A DNA stretch of 60,841 bases, filler included, from Nemertoderma westbladi (taxonomy: Eukaryota; Animalia; Xenacoelomorpha), in assembly GCA_032718475.1 (NCBI GenBank). It is 3 parts of 3 records of this genome, joined end to end, with 100 filler letters (N's around TTAATTAATTAA, not from the genome) between each part and the next. Parts side by side here need not be neighbours in the genome. Positions count along the whole stretch, not along the records: positions 28,540 to 53,721 come from JAUCBJ010005313.1; 2 more parts are not named here. The stretch is one strand, 5' to 3'. The stretch's first letter is position 1; each line of letters starts with the position of its first letter. Below the pieces are notes generated by a model that saw nothing but the letters and a program-made list of their open reading frames with translations, was not told the origin of the DNA and did no database searches. Positions 38,701 to 52,578 of this stretch are shown one piece after another. The translations under genes were made by a program, and so were the position numbers.

Positions 38701-41700
38701 ATTTTGTTAGCTGCAACCTGAGCACCAGATAGCGATTTATCTTGTTTAAGGCTATCTGCTTCATTTTCACATTTTGGTATTATTATTACATTGTCTTTCA
38801 ATGCACTTATTCTAGACTGCTCACTAATGTCATTTGACACATTTCCTTTGGTAGAAATACTATCAGATACTGTTTTATTCTTGGAAACATCAACATTCCC
38901 TGTAATTATACTTTCTGAATTGGAATCTGTAGCAGGAATTGCACGACTATTATTATGCTTCTTACATTCTGGAATTATCTTTTTTCTTATCACATCTACT
39001 GAATTTGTTTCATTTTTAATTTCCTCTTTTTGCATGTCATTCAAGTGGCTTAACATTTTGGTGGATTCTGGCAATCGTTCTGTAATCGGAGAGATTGTTT
39101 CACTTTCAAGCATTGAATTATCAAATAATTTCAAATCAGTATTTTTTAGGAGACTATCTATCCCGCCTTCTGGCTCTTTGTGGTGCCTACCACATTTAAT
39201 TTTTGGATCCTTCTTTGTCAATGTAATTTCGAAATTTTGATCCTGGTCAGCTACATTAATCCTTTGATTAATATCACCGGGTTTCATTTTTTCCAGCCCT
39301 TGTTGCGGATTTAAATCAGTGCAGTAATCACGCGACTTAAAGCTAGCTGCAACTTTTGGGTCACAAAGAGTAGAATCTGACTTCCTTTGTACTTCTGATT
39401 TTATATCAGTCTGAGGCACAGTTACATCATCTTCTGGCCCTGATTTGCCAAAATTAGGCTTAATGAGAGATTGCTCATGTTTAAAAATCTTCTCAGTAAA
39501 TGATGCATTATTCACTGAATTAGCATATACTTTCTTATTATTTATATCCTTTTCTGTATCAACCAATTCATTCAACAGTTTGTTGGTATCCACTCTATGG
39601 TTTATTGAATCCCTTTGTTTCCCCGCAGGTTGAACAGAATCTACTGGGAATCTCTTCTGTAATTTTGCGCATTTAACATCATTTGCATCATGCAACAACA
39701 TGTTTTTACCCTCAGATTGTACTGAATGACTTCTATTTCTCGATATGGGAATATTTGAGTTTACCTTTTTCACTACAATTCTCCCTTTTTGGCTATCATG
39801 AGGTAATCCTGCACTTTCATTGTGTAATACGTGACTTGATTCTATAGAATGTTTCCCAGATTTATTGTGTCTTGGAACAGACATATCTGTGTACTTTTGC
39901 TTAGAATTAATGTCATTGGCTTCATCAGCAAATCGTTCTTTATCTTCAATGATATTATTTTCTGACAATGGCGATGTCTGGTTTTCAATTTCAGATTTAT
40001 GCATCGATTTATTATCTGATTGTACCTCTGAAATCTTCGCCCGTTTTTTATTTACAGTCTGTTTATTCTTGTGATGAGTTCGATGAGTAAGCTCAGAAAG
40101 TTGCTGAGATTCAGTATCAGATAAACTAATTTTTCGTGCTATATCCTTGGCTCTTTTAGTTTCAGTTTTCTGTTCATTTCTCATTGCCTCTAAAGATGCT
40201 TGCATTCGCTCTGCAACACTGGGACGTCTTTGTTCTGGACAAATAGAAGATCCCGGTTTTGATACATTCGTTATCTTTCGGTGTTCAATATTATCAAAAC
40301 GTTCAGTATAAGAACTAGACGGTTGATTTTGACATTTATCTTCTATTTCTTTGTTGAAATTAGCCTCGCCTTGAAAATCTGGTTTATTTTTTATGTCATA
40401 TTTACACTTTACACTTGAATTATTGATAAGAATGTCTGGTCTCCTGACATTATTATTTATATTTAAATCATCTACACATGTATCAACAGCTGATTCAGAT
40501 TCAAACTCCTTTGTCTTTGAATGTCTACTATCATTCATAACTGTAGTATTAGAAATATTTGATTGGGAAAGTACATCACTCCCATTATTGCTTTGGATAA
40601 ATTTCGATTGATATTTGGTAAACTGTGATTTAGAAATGGGCAATTCTTCAGCGGTAGCATCTTTGGAAACAACCTGTTTACATCTAAACCCAGTTCTGTT
40701 ATCGATGGTTTTTGGTTTATCAAGATAATCAACACTATTGTTACCAATTGTAAAATCATTCTTATCAAGAGTTGAATTTTGAGGTCTCGAAAGTTCTGTA
40801 GAATTTGAATCTTCTAATAATTGAAGGTTATCCTTTTCAGTCTTGTGGTCTGGAAGTACATTTGATGGAGTATCATAGCATATTTTATAAGCATTAGTAG
40901 GTACTTTAACAGTTTTAACAGTTCCATTTACACCACCTGGTGTATTATTTTTTGACAATGAATTAGATGCATCCGTTCCATGAGTCTGCTTACTAGGAAT
41001 ATTTGTTGCATGACTTGAGCTACCTTCAGTATCCAGCTGTGTAACATCATGAGCACATGTGATATTTCCATTTCTCAAATCTTTAGATTGCGTTGTAGTT
41101 TTGCTCTTAGACCCAGTCAATTTTCTTGATGCCGCAGCAAAATGTTGATGGAGAACATTCTTTAGAAGTTTTACTACTTTATCTTGAGAATCAGATAATC
41201 GCCGACTTAATGCGCCTTTATGTTTCGGCAAATTCCCTCCCTTATGACTTTTTATACTACCAGATTGAGGTAATTCCGTCTGTAAGGAATTGGAAGCAAT
41301 GGTATTTCCTTTATGTGAATTATCTTGCACTGCCGATTTGTTAGGTAGTGAGCTTGTACTTGGATTAGCAGATCTATTATCATTACTGGTATTATCTGAA
41401 CATGAATTGGAACTAATATTATCATAAGAAGGCACAGTGTCACTAGATAAATTGTTTCGCATTGAAATCGTGTGCTCATTGATACTTTTTTTATCATCAT
41501 CCAAGGATTGTTGTGTCCTCAACATGTAATCCATATGGAAAGGTTTCTTTCTACTTTCATTCTCGCTTTTCAGCATAGGACCTTTATAATTCGAATTAAT
41601 TTGGATTTGCTTAATTCCAGAATTCCCCAAGTTATCACAATAATTTTCTGATTTTGATGAGCAATTGTTTCCTCTGCCTCTTCTATAGATTTCAATATTT

Positions 41701-44700
41701 CCTTTTACAGAAGTATCATCATCTTCTCCAATTACAAAAACATCTGTTGACATCTGTGACTCTTCACCGTCAGATACAACAGGCTGTTTATGAAACAACT
41801 CAATAGATGCATCCATAGTTCTCATAAAAGACTCGTCTTGGTTTTGTGATAAACCGTTATTGTTACTTCTGCCATTACTGTTCATATTTATATGTTTCAT
41901 ATCCACATCACTAGCATTAGCCGTTGCGAAAGACATTGAGTTGTCTGAAGATGATTCAACAACGTCTTGAGGGACATTAAATTCGGCAGTAGAATTATTA
42001 CAATGCTTAGAATCAATAAATGTAGGGCCATTATGTTTTATTACATTAATCTCACAAACACTATTAATTGTATCACTTACATCTTTTCTCAAGGCAGATT
42101 GTTGTAAATTATCTGCTGGTTTGCTGTGAGCTTCTATACATTGACTGTCATATAATATTGACTCTTGATGCTCTACCTTTGCAAACTTTTTACTTTTGGA
42201 CGATTTACTTGTGTCAGAAGGCCTAGTAATTTCCCTAGAGCTTGTGCAATTTCTAGTTATACTGTTGTGGTTATCACATTGAGCCAGTGCATTCAAACTA
42301 GCATTACAATGTCTTTTCATTTGCTGATTGTCTAGAAATTGTTGATCTTGGCTATCAGTAGCATTATTAATAGGAACACACTGGATATCATTTTCATGTT
42401 TTGAGTATTCTTCAAGCTGCATCTTGAGGTCGGCAACACTGCCAAAAGACGTTGCCCGCACTATGTTATTAGAGTCACCAACACCTTCATTGTTATTGTC
42501 TGATGTCAATGATGACGACATCAATTTGTTGGATCTTTTAACATCTTGAGCTCCCTCAAGTGCCAGTGTGAGGTCAGCAACACTGCCAAAAGACTCAGTT
42601 TTTTTTATAAAAGAGGAATCTAAACTCTTTCCATTATCAGTTTGGGGTATAATTGTTTGTGATTGACTAGCTCCTTTCGCTTCCTCAATTTGTGTCTTCA
42701 GGTCAGCAACACTGCCAAATGACTCAGTTTTTCTAATATTAGAAGAATCCAAACTCTTTCCATTATCAGTTTGGGGTATAATTGTTTGTGATTGACTAGC
42801 TCCTTTCGCTTCCTCAATTTGTGTCCTCAGTTCAATAACACTGCCAAATGACCTGGTTTTCATAATTTTACTTGATTCCACAATGTTGTCATCATCAATT
42901 ACATCAGCTACAGAAGCAGATAGCACTTTGTGGGACCCATTGCTATCTTCGTGGTCTTCAAATTGTGTTTTCAAGTTAGCAACACAGCCAAAAGATTTTG
43001 CTCTTTGTCGATTGTTTGACTCGAGGATGTTTTCATCTACAGCATCAGATGTAGGAGCTGGAATCATTGCGTATGATTCATCTACTTCTAACACGTCATT
43101 TGGTCTACCATTGCACGACCTATCTACAAGACCACTTTCCTGTAACATGGTTTTTAAGTTTTCTATTTGATTGATGTTCATATTTTCAATTCCAATTTGC
43201 ATGATATTTGATTTAATGTTAGGGTCACAATTGAAAAGTAAGGCCTTTAACTCATCAATATGTGTAAAACTATCTGATCGTTTTACAGGCTCATATTCGT
43301 CATCACAGTTTTCGATTGAGCCACCCTGTGTGCTAAGCATAGACACTTGACTTTGGATATTCTCGGAACTCTGCAATAATTGTGTATCCAGGTCGTTTAT
43401 GGTTTCAAACTTCTTGGATTTTGGGAAGTAGAATTCCTTTTGTGAAATTGCTTTGCCTATTTTGCTATTCCCAGTCATATCTAGACTGATAGAGCCATTA
43501 CTCCTCACAATATCGTGTAGATGGTTAGACTGAGACTCACTAGAAATATCATACAAGTTTAACTTTGAAGATCCAGCACTTAATTCTCTTTGGTTATCAG
43601 AATGTAAACTCTTTGAGTGATTTACATTTTCAAATGCATTTTTAATGTCACTTACTAACGATGTCTGGATAAGTTTTCCATTTGAATCGGTGTGAATATT
43701 TTGCTTCATTTTCTCCGATTGCAAACACATATTCTTCAATTTACCACCAACCTCCATGTGACCACCAGTAGTGCCACTTTGTTTCTTTAAAGTTAAACCT
43801 TCTTCAAGTTTGCGTTTCCTCTCCTTCAAACTTAAATATGTCTCTTCAAATACCCCACTCTCATCGTTGTTAAGATTGCTATTTTTAGGAAGAGGAACAG
43901 GTGGCTTAGAAGGATAATTCTTTGAAGGATATGGTAATCCTTCTTGTGCCTCAGTGGTTGTAGCGTTTCCATCAAGATTAAGAATAACTCCATCTTGTAA
44001 AGTTTCACAATCATTATTGTTCTCATTGGAAGTCAATCCCATAATATTATCGAAATACTTCAATGATGACTCAAATAATCGTTTTCGACGTTCTTTAACA
44101 TCAATAGCCTGTAAACTGCTTCTTCTTTGATCAATTGATTTCGAGGTTAACTCTAGCTGTAATTTCCTTTTCCGCTCTTCAATGCTACCAATGTCATCAT
44201 TGTCAGCAAATGCATCTTCGCCACTTAGAGAAACATCATCACTGTCAATCTCACACAGTTTGCAAAAAGTATTTGCTAATTCCTCCGTAGGAGGCATGTG
44301 AGACAAAATATCTGAAATTGATAAAGAATCCTCTCCAGTCTCATCTATAAATTCCTTTAAAACAGAGGCTAAGGCTGTTGAAGATTGATCGTTTAAATCG
44401 ATCTCACACATGTCCTCATGTTCATACGAGTTACCAAGATCGGTTTCCTCATTATCAGGAAGCACATCTCCATCTTTACACTCGACAGTATGATTGCTCA
44501 ACACATCTACTGTATCGAAGCCCTCCATCATATCACTGATTGCAAATTGGATTGCACTGCACATGAGTAGAACGTCCTCATGAACACTACCCCGTGACAC
44601 TGGTGGTGAAGGCGTCACTTGAGATACTGCCATACTTAAAACATCATACTCATTGTCATGTTGCGGGGAAATACTTCGCTCAATTGCTCTGTGCAAATAA

Positions 44701-46045
44701 AATGGCCGTTCAGATGCATCTTGGTAAAGAAGTTCATCATTATCTTGTAATGGATCTATTGTGTCACTAGGGAGAATATTTGTCAATTCATTTGAAGACA
44801 TGACGCTTTCTATCTCACATGATGACACTGGGGAAATCAAATCACGTGAAAGTTCATTGGCAAACCTTGTAGGTGCATTCCCATTCATTGCTTCTGCGAT
44901 TTCATCATCGCAATAATCATCATTATTTGGATCACTATCATTGCAAGCAATATCGCTTCTAATAAAACTATATTCGCTGGCGTTATCTATGTCATTGGGT
45001 TCTCGTATACCAACATTAGAAACCTGAGAAATTGAACTGAATCTGCTAGTATTATCTGGAATGTGATCTTCCAAAATCTCATACATAGATGAAGTTCTAC
45101 TAATTGGTTGGTCAGACTCACTGCAATCCTGATTAAAAGGAAAGTCATTAAGTGTTAAACAAGAGCCACCTCTACTCATCATCAATCCAGACTCACTGTC
45201 TGCGTATCGTGATTCTTCAGAAATGTACCCTGAAGGTCGCAAACACTGGTTGAGACAAGAAATCGAGGAACTGCGACTTGGTGCTTCATCCAAGGCATCA
45301 TGCCATTCATCTACATCTTCATCATCCAAACCAACCAGAGAGTCATAATGTGAAATCAAGTTATGTTTGCGGTGGTTGTGATTCTCCATTGGTAGTGGTA
45401 TACGTAGACCTGTCGCAGGCATAGAGCCAATACTGCGTCGAGACTGACCAAATACCCCATCCTGACAACCAACGCGTTTTCTATCTGATCTCACCTCGTT
45501 CCTATGCCTGGATTCCTCGGATATCGAAGAACATCGATCACGACGTCTACAGTTTGGTACACTGATGGTACAATCCGAGGTTCTAGAATGCTCTTCCATT
45601 TCGCTCCCTTCACTACCTTCAGTCGCAGTTGATAGAAAGGTGTCGTACGATCGACGTCGATTCGAGGCACGTTGGTAAACAGTTCGACTGGACTGAGAAA
45701 CCAACGATTTTCTCCGCAATTGTCTCTCAGCCCGGCGCTTTTCTCGCTCGTCGAGTTTATTCCTACGCGACTCCTTATTAGCAGAATGATTCCTCGATGA
45801 ATCATCATCGTTGCGTCTCGAAGTTGATTTCGGTTCATCCATAACATCATTGTGGTCCGAATTCGCCCCATGCAATTCATTTACAATTTGTTCCCTTAGT
45901 CGCTTGTGATTGGCTATCTCTCTGTCTATTTCAAGCAGAGCATCCCGATATTCAATTTTCCTACTCGACTTTTGTTCTTCCGTTTCTGGAAAACTGAAAC
46001 TTCTTGTGTGCAACATGTTGTCGTTATTATCTTTGAATTCCATAG
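32742..46045 (-). CDS. FHOD: FHOD-family formin, giant terminal exon (13.3 kb): long low-complexity repeat region, FH1, FH2 and DAD-like tail
   Basis: Uninterrupted ORF; acceptor GTTTTCTAG|CT in phase 1. Polyproline FH1 at about 34280-34385. FH2 with FHOD signatures KKTVRLFWKEV, LDSKRSNQINI, PLGSAEKFL, ELEARLRLWIFKLDY, EIAEPLMDLK, EVKDTVHRQSL and EFALEYKT. Basic C-terminus. Confidence 0.95.
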
Positions 46046-46695
46046 CTAGAAAACATAAATATAACCAATATATGATAAAATTCCATATAGATATGAATTG
46101 ATCCATCTGACCAATTTACACTTTAATTTACTCCAATGCTTGACTAAATTATCAAATATATAGATAGAGTCATTGGGGGTAAAAAAAAGAGACCGCTTTG
46201 TGGGGTATAAAAAAACACTGCATAGCATAACTCAAGTTCACTTAAACGTGAGAAAGTGATATTAATACCATTTGAACGTTTTTTATTAGCTTAGCCAGTA
46301 TCCAATCAAATCACCCCAGCCTACAATATGACGTTGTTATCCAGCTGATTTAATGTTGTTATTCTTTTGGCTGGTGGAGGGTTCCAACCACAGTATTTCC
46401 CAACCATGAATTCTATTGGTTGCTTCGAATTCACCCTAGTTACCCACCTAAAATGTATGTGTGGGGTAAAAAAACAGGGTGATTCCAGCCGTTTCACACT
46501 GTTGAACAATACAAGTCTGAACTCAGCATGCCTGAGGTTGGCTAAAAGTATAATAATCTGTGAATACCTTATATATACGAGGTTACAGGTTTCAAAGGTT
46601 GATGTGATACCAAGGCATTCGCGCAGCACGAGGCTAAGATCAGAAACCAGTCGCCAGATCCGGTGGTCCTGGCAGCCCGGTATGGGAACCACGTA

Positions 46696-46848
46696 GGACC
46701 CGGACCCGGACCCGGACCCGGACCCGGACCCGGACCCGGACCCGGACCCGGACCCGGACCCGGACCCGGACCCGGACCCGGACCCGGACCCGGACCCGGA
46801 CCCGGACCCCCCGGACCCGGACCCGGACCCGGACCCGGACCCGGACCC
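46696..46848. repeat. (GGACCC)n hexanucleotide microsatellite in a FHOD intron
   Basis: About 25 near-perfect units. Confidence 0.95.
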
Positions 46849-47032
46849 GTAGGACCACACTATTGTACTAGTCAGAACATTTTCGCATATATTGTTAGAT
46901 TGTATCTCCTCATGTATCTTTAAATAAATAGACGCTGCGGGGGGGGGGGGGGGGGGGTACACGATCTAAACAACTACCCGAGCCTGATTCCCAGACTGCA
47001 TGATTCGAGTCTGATCGAATGCTACGTCGGTA

Positions 47033-47357
47033 CTGTGTCAAGTACAATCAATGCACACATCTCCAACCAGACACAATATAACATTGGAGGTGTCTCATTG
47101 GTTCCCCCAAGCTTGACACTAGAACAAAATCGCCTCCGCTTTGCAGGACATTGCTTTCGCCGTGAGGACCAGCCACTGCATAATCTTGTACTTTGGCAGC
47201 CTCATGGAGTGAATAAGCATGGTGGATAGCCCATGACTTTCTTGAGACGCCTCTTAAAGGACACTGGCCTTGAAGATGCGGATGATCTAGCAAATGTCAT
47301 GGGTGATAGGAGTTGTAGCGGCGTAATTTTGTCAAGAAGCCGACACAGTATTCTTAA
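47033..47357 (+). mobile_element. RTE-type 3' fragment (copy 2)
   Basis: LEQNRLRFAGHCFRREDQPLHNLVLWQP..TFLRRLLKDTGLED; similar boundaries to 4945-5303. Confidence 0.75.
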
Positions 47358-48469
47358 TGCGCGCTGCATTGGCAAAACTATTTTTGTTAATGTTATTTTT
47401 GTAAATTTTAGCAGCAAGCCTATTATAGTAGTGGATCGAATTTTCATTCAACCGATTCACCACAGAGTAGTTTCTATTAGCCTCAATCACCGAAATCCAT
47501 GTCAAATATGCGGCCTGATCCTTCGGTTGTTGCGTGATTTATAACAGAGGCATCAGATTAGGCAGTTAGGTAGGACTACTACACTACTGAGCTGATGATT
47601 CCACATTTGAAACTATGTTTTTTATTTACCCACACTTTTTTTTTTCACCCCATTTTGGGGTAAAAAAAATATCACTTTTTTTACCAGAATTTCTTTAAAT
47701 ATATGTTCGGTGATATTGTTTGATGATCATTAAGTTACATTTTTTATTAGTTTTCAGACAATACAGTACCAAATTTATTTAAATCCATGGAATATTAACA
47801 ATTTTATTGACAAAAAACGGAAATTGTTTTTTTTACCCCCAATGACTATAAATGGTATTTTGAATTAATGGTTAATATTTTTTTAGGTAATGGCTAAAGG
47901 GAATATTTAAAAAAAAAAATACAACAATGAGCACATATAATGCTATAAGGGCACATTTTATTTCTAAAATTAGCCCATTATTTGGAGACAGGGGGGGGGG
48001 GGGGGGGGGGGGCTGGACGCAAAACCCGCCTTGGCTAATTAATATCCCGCCTCAATGTTAAATTCTCAATTTAGGGAAAGGAGCAGGTTACAGTGGCACG
48101 TTATTTTAACCAAAACAATAAACTAAACACAATAGAACAGGTTACAGTGTCATTTTTGAGAGTAATCAACTGTTATTTGCGTCGAATTTCCCCTGGAGAG
48201 GGATTCATTTGTATTGCGTCCAGTCCCCCCCCCCCCCCCCCCCCCCATCTGAATATTTAAGGTTCCACTTGTTCAGCTCGAAATTCTGTATAAGGGTCAA
48301 AAATTTCATGGCAATTGGATTTACAGATCTCGAGAAAAGGGAACATGAATAAAATTACCTCCGCGCTAATCGCTAAAGGAGTAAACGGAGCTGAAAGTCA
48401 AAGCTCGTATATAAAAGGTGCCATATTATTGCTTAAAAGTTTTGAAGGATTAGGATTTAGGTGATGTGA

Positions 48470-49020
48470 GTTGGATTATCGGAATCCACATAAACATCGA
48501 TAATATCGATATCGACTTGTTCTGTTAGGATATGAAGCAGTCCTTTATAAATGACAGGTTGAATGATTCTGAAAAGACCAATATTGATACGCTGGTTAAT
48601 AGTTATAATACAACTCTGATTACTGATCTCAATAAACATGCCCCAGTTATAACAAAGAACATCACTTCTAGACCCACGTATCCCTGGTATAACGAAGATA
48701 CAGTATAACAAAGAGGAAAAGACTGAAAAGAAAGCTAGAAAGGCAATACCAAAAAGACATGACAGATCTGCATCTTGTGCATCTGTTTCGAGATCAATGC
48801 AAGGTGGTATGCAATACTATATCACGTGTCAAACAGGAATACTACTGTACAGGTAGGTCTCAAGTGAATGAAAGTAGGAAGGACACAAGGACAAGGATTC
48901 AAAATCGTTAATAAGGTGCTATATCGCAATCGAGATATAAAACTGCCAGATCACGATTCTGAAGAAGTTCTGGCAAATGAGTTCTGGCAGACTATTTTGA
49001 ATAAAAAATTAGAAATTATC
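48470..49020 (+). mobile_element. L2-clade LINE ORF2 internal fragment
   Basis: LVNSYNTTL..LNKHAPV...RPTYPWYNED..KRKLERQY..KIVNKVL..LP..EVLANEF, the typical region between APE and RT in L2. Confidence 0.75.
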
Positions 49021-50093
49021 CGATAAGAGACTATGTCCGAGATTTCAAGGTCCGCTTTGGGACGTTGGGGGGGGGGCACCACACAGTCACTCACCAGCTG
49101 ATTCTGGGACAATCGCTGACTATTTATTTGTAAGAGGTTTTAGAAATTGCTGATTTATGTTATTTTAAATCGTCTGATAATTCTGACCCACTAACTCAAT
49201 CACCAATCTTTAGCGAGTTTCTTCCCACAGGGTGTCTTCACTATATACAATACACTACACGTTTGTGGGGCCTTCGCGCAGCACGAGAGCCTGTATTAGA
49301 AAGTACATTATACTAATTTCAATTAGATATACGAAAACAGTCCTTCGCCAAATATATATGAGTGAAGGCGATGCTATCAGTTTGCGATAAATTAGTTGTA
49401 AAAACAGAGATCGATTTCACTTTGTCCTTACACACTTTAACTGTTATTTGTAAACCTTCTAACTAGGGCTATTTATGTTAAGTACGACATTTTTAAATTT
49501 ACAATACTCTTCTCCTTCACTAGCCTCTGTTGTTGTCTGAAAATAATTTCCCTAAACGGAGACTAACGACCTTTGTAACTGTGCAAAGTCTCGAAACTGT
49601 GAGAGTAACTGCTGATTTATGGCAGATGGATACTCGTATCCACTGTAAACTCGTTGCGTTCGTTCGTTTTTACCAAATTTCCAAATCTTTCTAAACTTTT
49701 GCCGGACTACATATGTTAGAAGTTTCGTTTATTTTCATTAAGGAATAACCGAGTTATTAGCGATCAAAAATTTACGACGACGACGACAGACAACTCGTTA
49801 ATGGCACCCATATGCGAACCCTTCGCTCACTTCGTAGCTCGCCCCACATAGTGTGTCTCCCATAGTGGTTGAAACGGAGAAGAGGGGGAGGGAGGGGGGG
49901 GGGGGGGGGGGGGTTCTCATTGGCAGACTGTACCAGATCGCCAAAAAAAGCAAACGGTTACAACGTGACAAAGGTTACAAAATTGTACCTTTAACGCATA
50001 CTGAGTCGAAAATTACAATTAGCAATCCAAAGGTTATTATTACACACGAATTTAACACACGAAAACCACGTTGTCTTAGTTAATGTGACTCAC

Positions 50094-50316
50094 CTCCCAA
50101 ACTCCGCTGACGTTTGAACATGGTGGAGTCATGACTACCAGTCTGGAGTTCGGCTGATGTTGGATTGTTAATACAAACGGTGTTAGGAATATCAACATGT
50201 TGTTGAAATATAATAAACTGTTCAGTTAGACCAGCGTCTATGGTTCCACTGCATCGGGTATCATCAATGTAATGCTGGATGCCTTGTTCCATTAATGAAT
50301 TCATTACATCTTTCAC
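50094..50316 (-). CDS. FHOD: FHOD formin exon (end of FH3 region)
   Basis: TTTCAG| VKDVMNSLMEQGIQHYID..LTEQFIIFQ..SLG |GTGAGT; phase 0 to 1 joins the giant exon in frame. Confidence 0.85.
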
Positions 50317-50821
50317 CTGAAAGGTTAAATCCGAATTAATGTCCGGGGGGATTCTTTGGCTGAGAGTTGAATTCCGTATAACCATACCGTTTGGCGCATT
50401 ATTGATAAGTCTAATTTTGTAATGGACAGAAAAATGCGAGAAATCCTTTATTAGTTTTTGTTTGCTTTAAAAACTAAATACAGTATGTTTAAAAAAAGGT
50501 TGCAAAAAGTTATTGAATTTAATTGAAAATTAATGGAAAAAATTGAATGGTCTGAAACTCACCTTTACAGGATCGAATATCGTATTGCTTTTGCATATGA
50601 AAATTATTGGGCGTGAAATTTGATCACTTTTAGGAAAGGCATTGTATTGTATACGCAATGCGTTGTATACGTAGGGTTACAACGTCTTATCTGCCGGACT
50701 ACAAGCATTATACAAAACAAAATTCTGAAGAATTAAAAGAAAGACTGTAAGGTCCAAAAAGTCGTACTTAAACTTAATCTTAAAATAATTTTCTGAAAAA
50801 AATACCAATTAACATACTTAC

Positions 50822-51071
50822 CATACTTCCAGATGTACCACCACCTCCTTGTAAACCACAAAGTAATTTATTAATAATTGTCATTCCTTTGATGTTTATC
50901 TGAACATCGTCCTGGTAAAGCAACTCGAACACATTTACCAGGAGTTTCTGTCCGCATTTCGTATCATATTGGACTATACTAGACATCAGATCGTGGCAAT
51001 GGCCTCTAACATTGTCGCCGGCTTCAACTAGTAGATGGAGAATGAGTTTCACTGCAGAATTCCGAACCAAC
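50822..51071 (-). CDS. FHOD: FHOD formin exon (FH3)
   Basis: TGCAG| RLVRNSAVKLILHLLVE..GMTIINKLL..GSM |GTAAGT; resembles FHOD RLVVKTALKLL and AMTLINKTL. Confidence 0.85.
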
Positions 51072-51427
51072 CTGCATTGAATTAATATACAATTGTTTGG
51101 TATTTTATTTCTATGGAAATGGCAGGCCTCGACCCTTATAATATTGATCTAACTTATTATTAAACGCAACAAACAATCTATCCTTGACAATTTGAGGATT
51201 CGGACATTACAGTTGTTTTTTACAAACTGCAAAAAAAAATATAATCTTAAAATCATGTAAAACAACACAACTTCAATCAGAGTAAACAATATAATTTGAA
51301 CGAACAGAATTGGAAACATTTTTCAGCGAGGTTGCCAACAACTATTCTGTAGAAGTCTCCAGTACCAATTAGCATATTATATTGCCATATTTAACAAACA
51401 CAGAAAAGTGGCTAACATCGGAAATGT

Positions 51428-52110
51428 GGGGCGACCGACGAAAGTAAGATAGGTTAGCATACAGGTACCACTAACCCAATCGGTGCGTCTGTTGCTCTGT
51501 CGATCTGTTGTGTTCAATTTTAAACGTTAATAACTTAGTCAAATCTTAATGAATTCTATCCAAACTTGGTACACATGTAGTCTGGCAAAAGTTAAGAAAT
51601 TTTCCACGTTGAATTTCCGTGTGGCCTTCGAGAAGCTAAGATAATAGCAGTTAATTAGATAATTAAGTTGATTAGAGTAAAAACAGCAATTTCAACCTGC
51701 CTCTTAAAGGATATTAATTATTTTCTAGTATAAGATTTAAATAATTATACTTAAAAATTATACAACTGTATTCCCCATACCCTATTCCATTATAGTTTTA
51801 AATTAGTTTAAGAGATTTGCTTTAAGAAATGTGTTTTTAATTGATCTAAACGTAATTAAGTTAAAATGCATTCCTCATACTTCCAGCTCCATCATTCCTT
51901 GGCATTCTTGATATTGCCTATTAGATGGGAACCAGTCCAATCATCTCACCACTACTTGGCAAAGGGTAATTACATCTATAGGACATGAGGCAGGCACTAG
52001 TGTAACTAATGAGCCAGCTTTTTGCAAGATAAAGCATCTTGCAAAATGATAGGCGGATATTTCAGTATCAATACTATCGGCATAAGGTAAGTTTAATTAC
52101 TTTTTACAAA
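51428..52110 (+). repeat. Dispersed repeat, unclassified (copy 2)
   Basis: Colinear with 28820-29630. Confidence 0.85.
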
Positions 52111-52578
52111 TAAGAGTGAAAATTCACTTTTCATGGAAAAAATTTAAGTCTCTTTACTTTCAACGGCGACAAACAAAACAAAAAAGATACATATACAGTA
52201 CCAAGGCAACAAATAATTGTATAATACTCATCACAAAGCCCGCGGTCAACGGGCCACAGCTGGATTACAAGTGATTTTCTACACTACATGGTTGATTTTA
52301 AATGAATCTATGGTTTCTATGAAGCATACGATAAAAAATACTTCTCTAAAAACCGTGCCTCCGCAAAACCTATTTAACCACGTGTATGAAACTCATATAG
52401 TTGCAACATAATTCAGTTTCATTATTCAGCACTAAGCAGGACACGTCATGTTTTTGGCGAAGAAAAAAGCCAGTCGAAATTAACCAATTATCACTATGGA
52501 ATTTATGGAATTTTTTTGCAGACGATACATAAACTGTAAACAGACTAGTCAGACTGTATTCATTCTCGCATCTCTAAC

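Noticed and set aside
32799-46101. Many short ORFs overlapping the giant exon
   Set aside because: Antisense or alternate-frame shadows of the formin ORF.
46046-46106. ORF-track N-terminus MDQFISIWNFIIYWLYLCFL as a signal or transmembrane segment
   Set aside because: It is most simply the T-rich intron end before the acceptor at 46046-46047, which joins the upstream exon in phase; an alternative start here cannot be excluded.
46321-46962. 213-aa ORF with poly-GS (and poly-GP / poly-RV in other frames)
   Set aside because: Product of a stop-free (GGACCC)n microsatellite in an intron; the flanking exons already join in phase without it.
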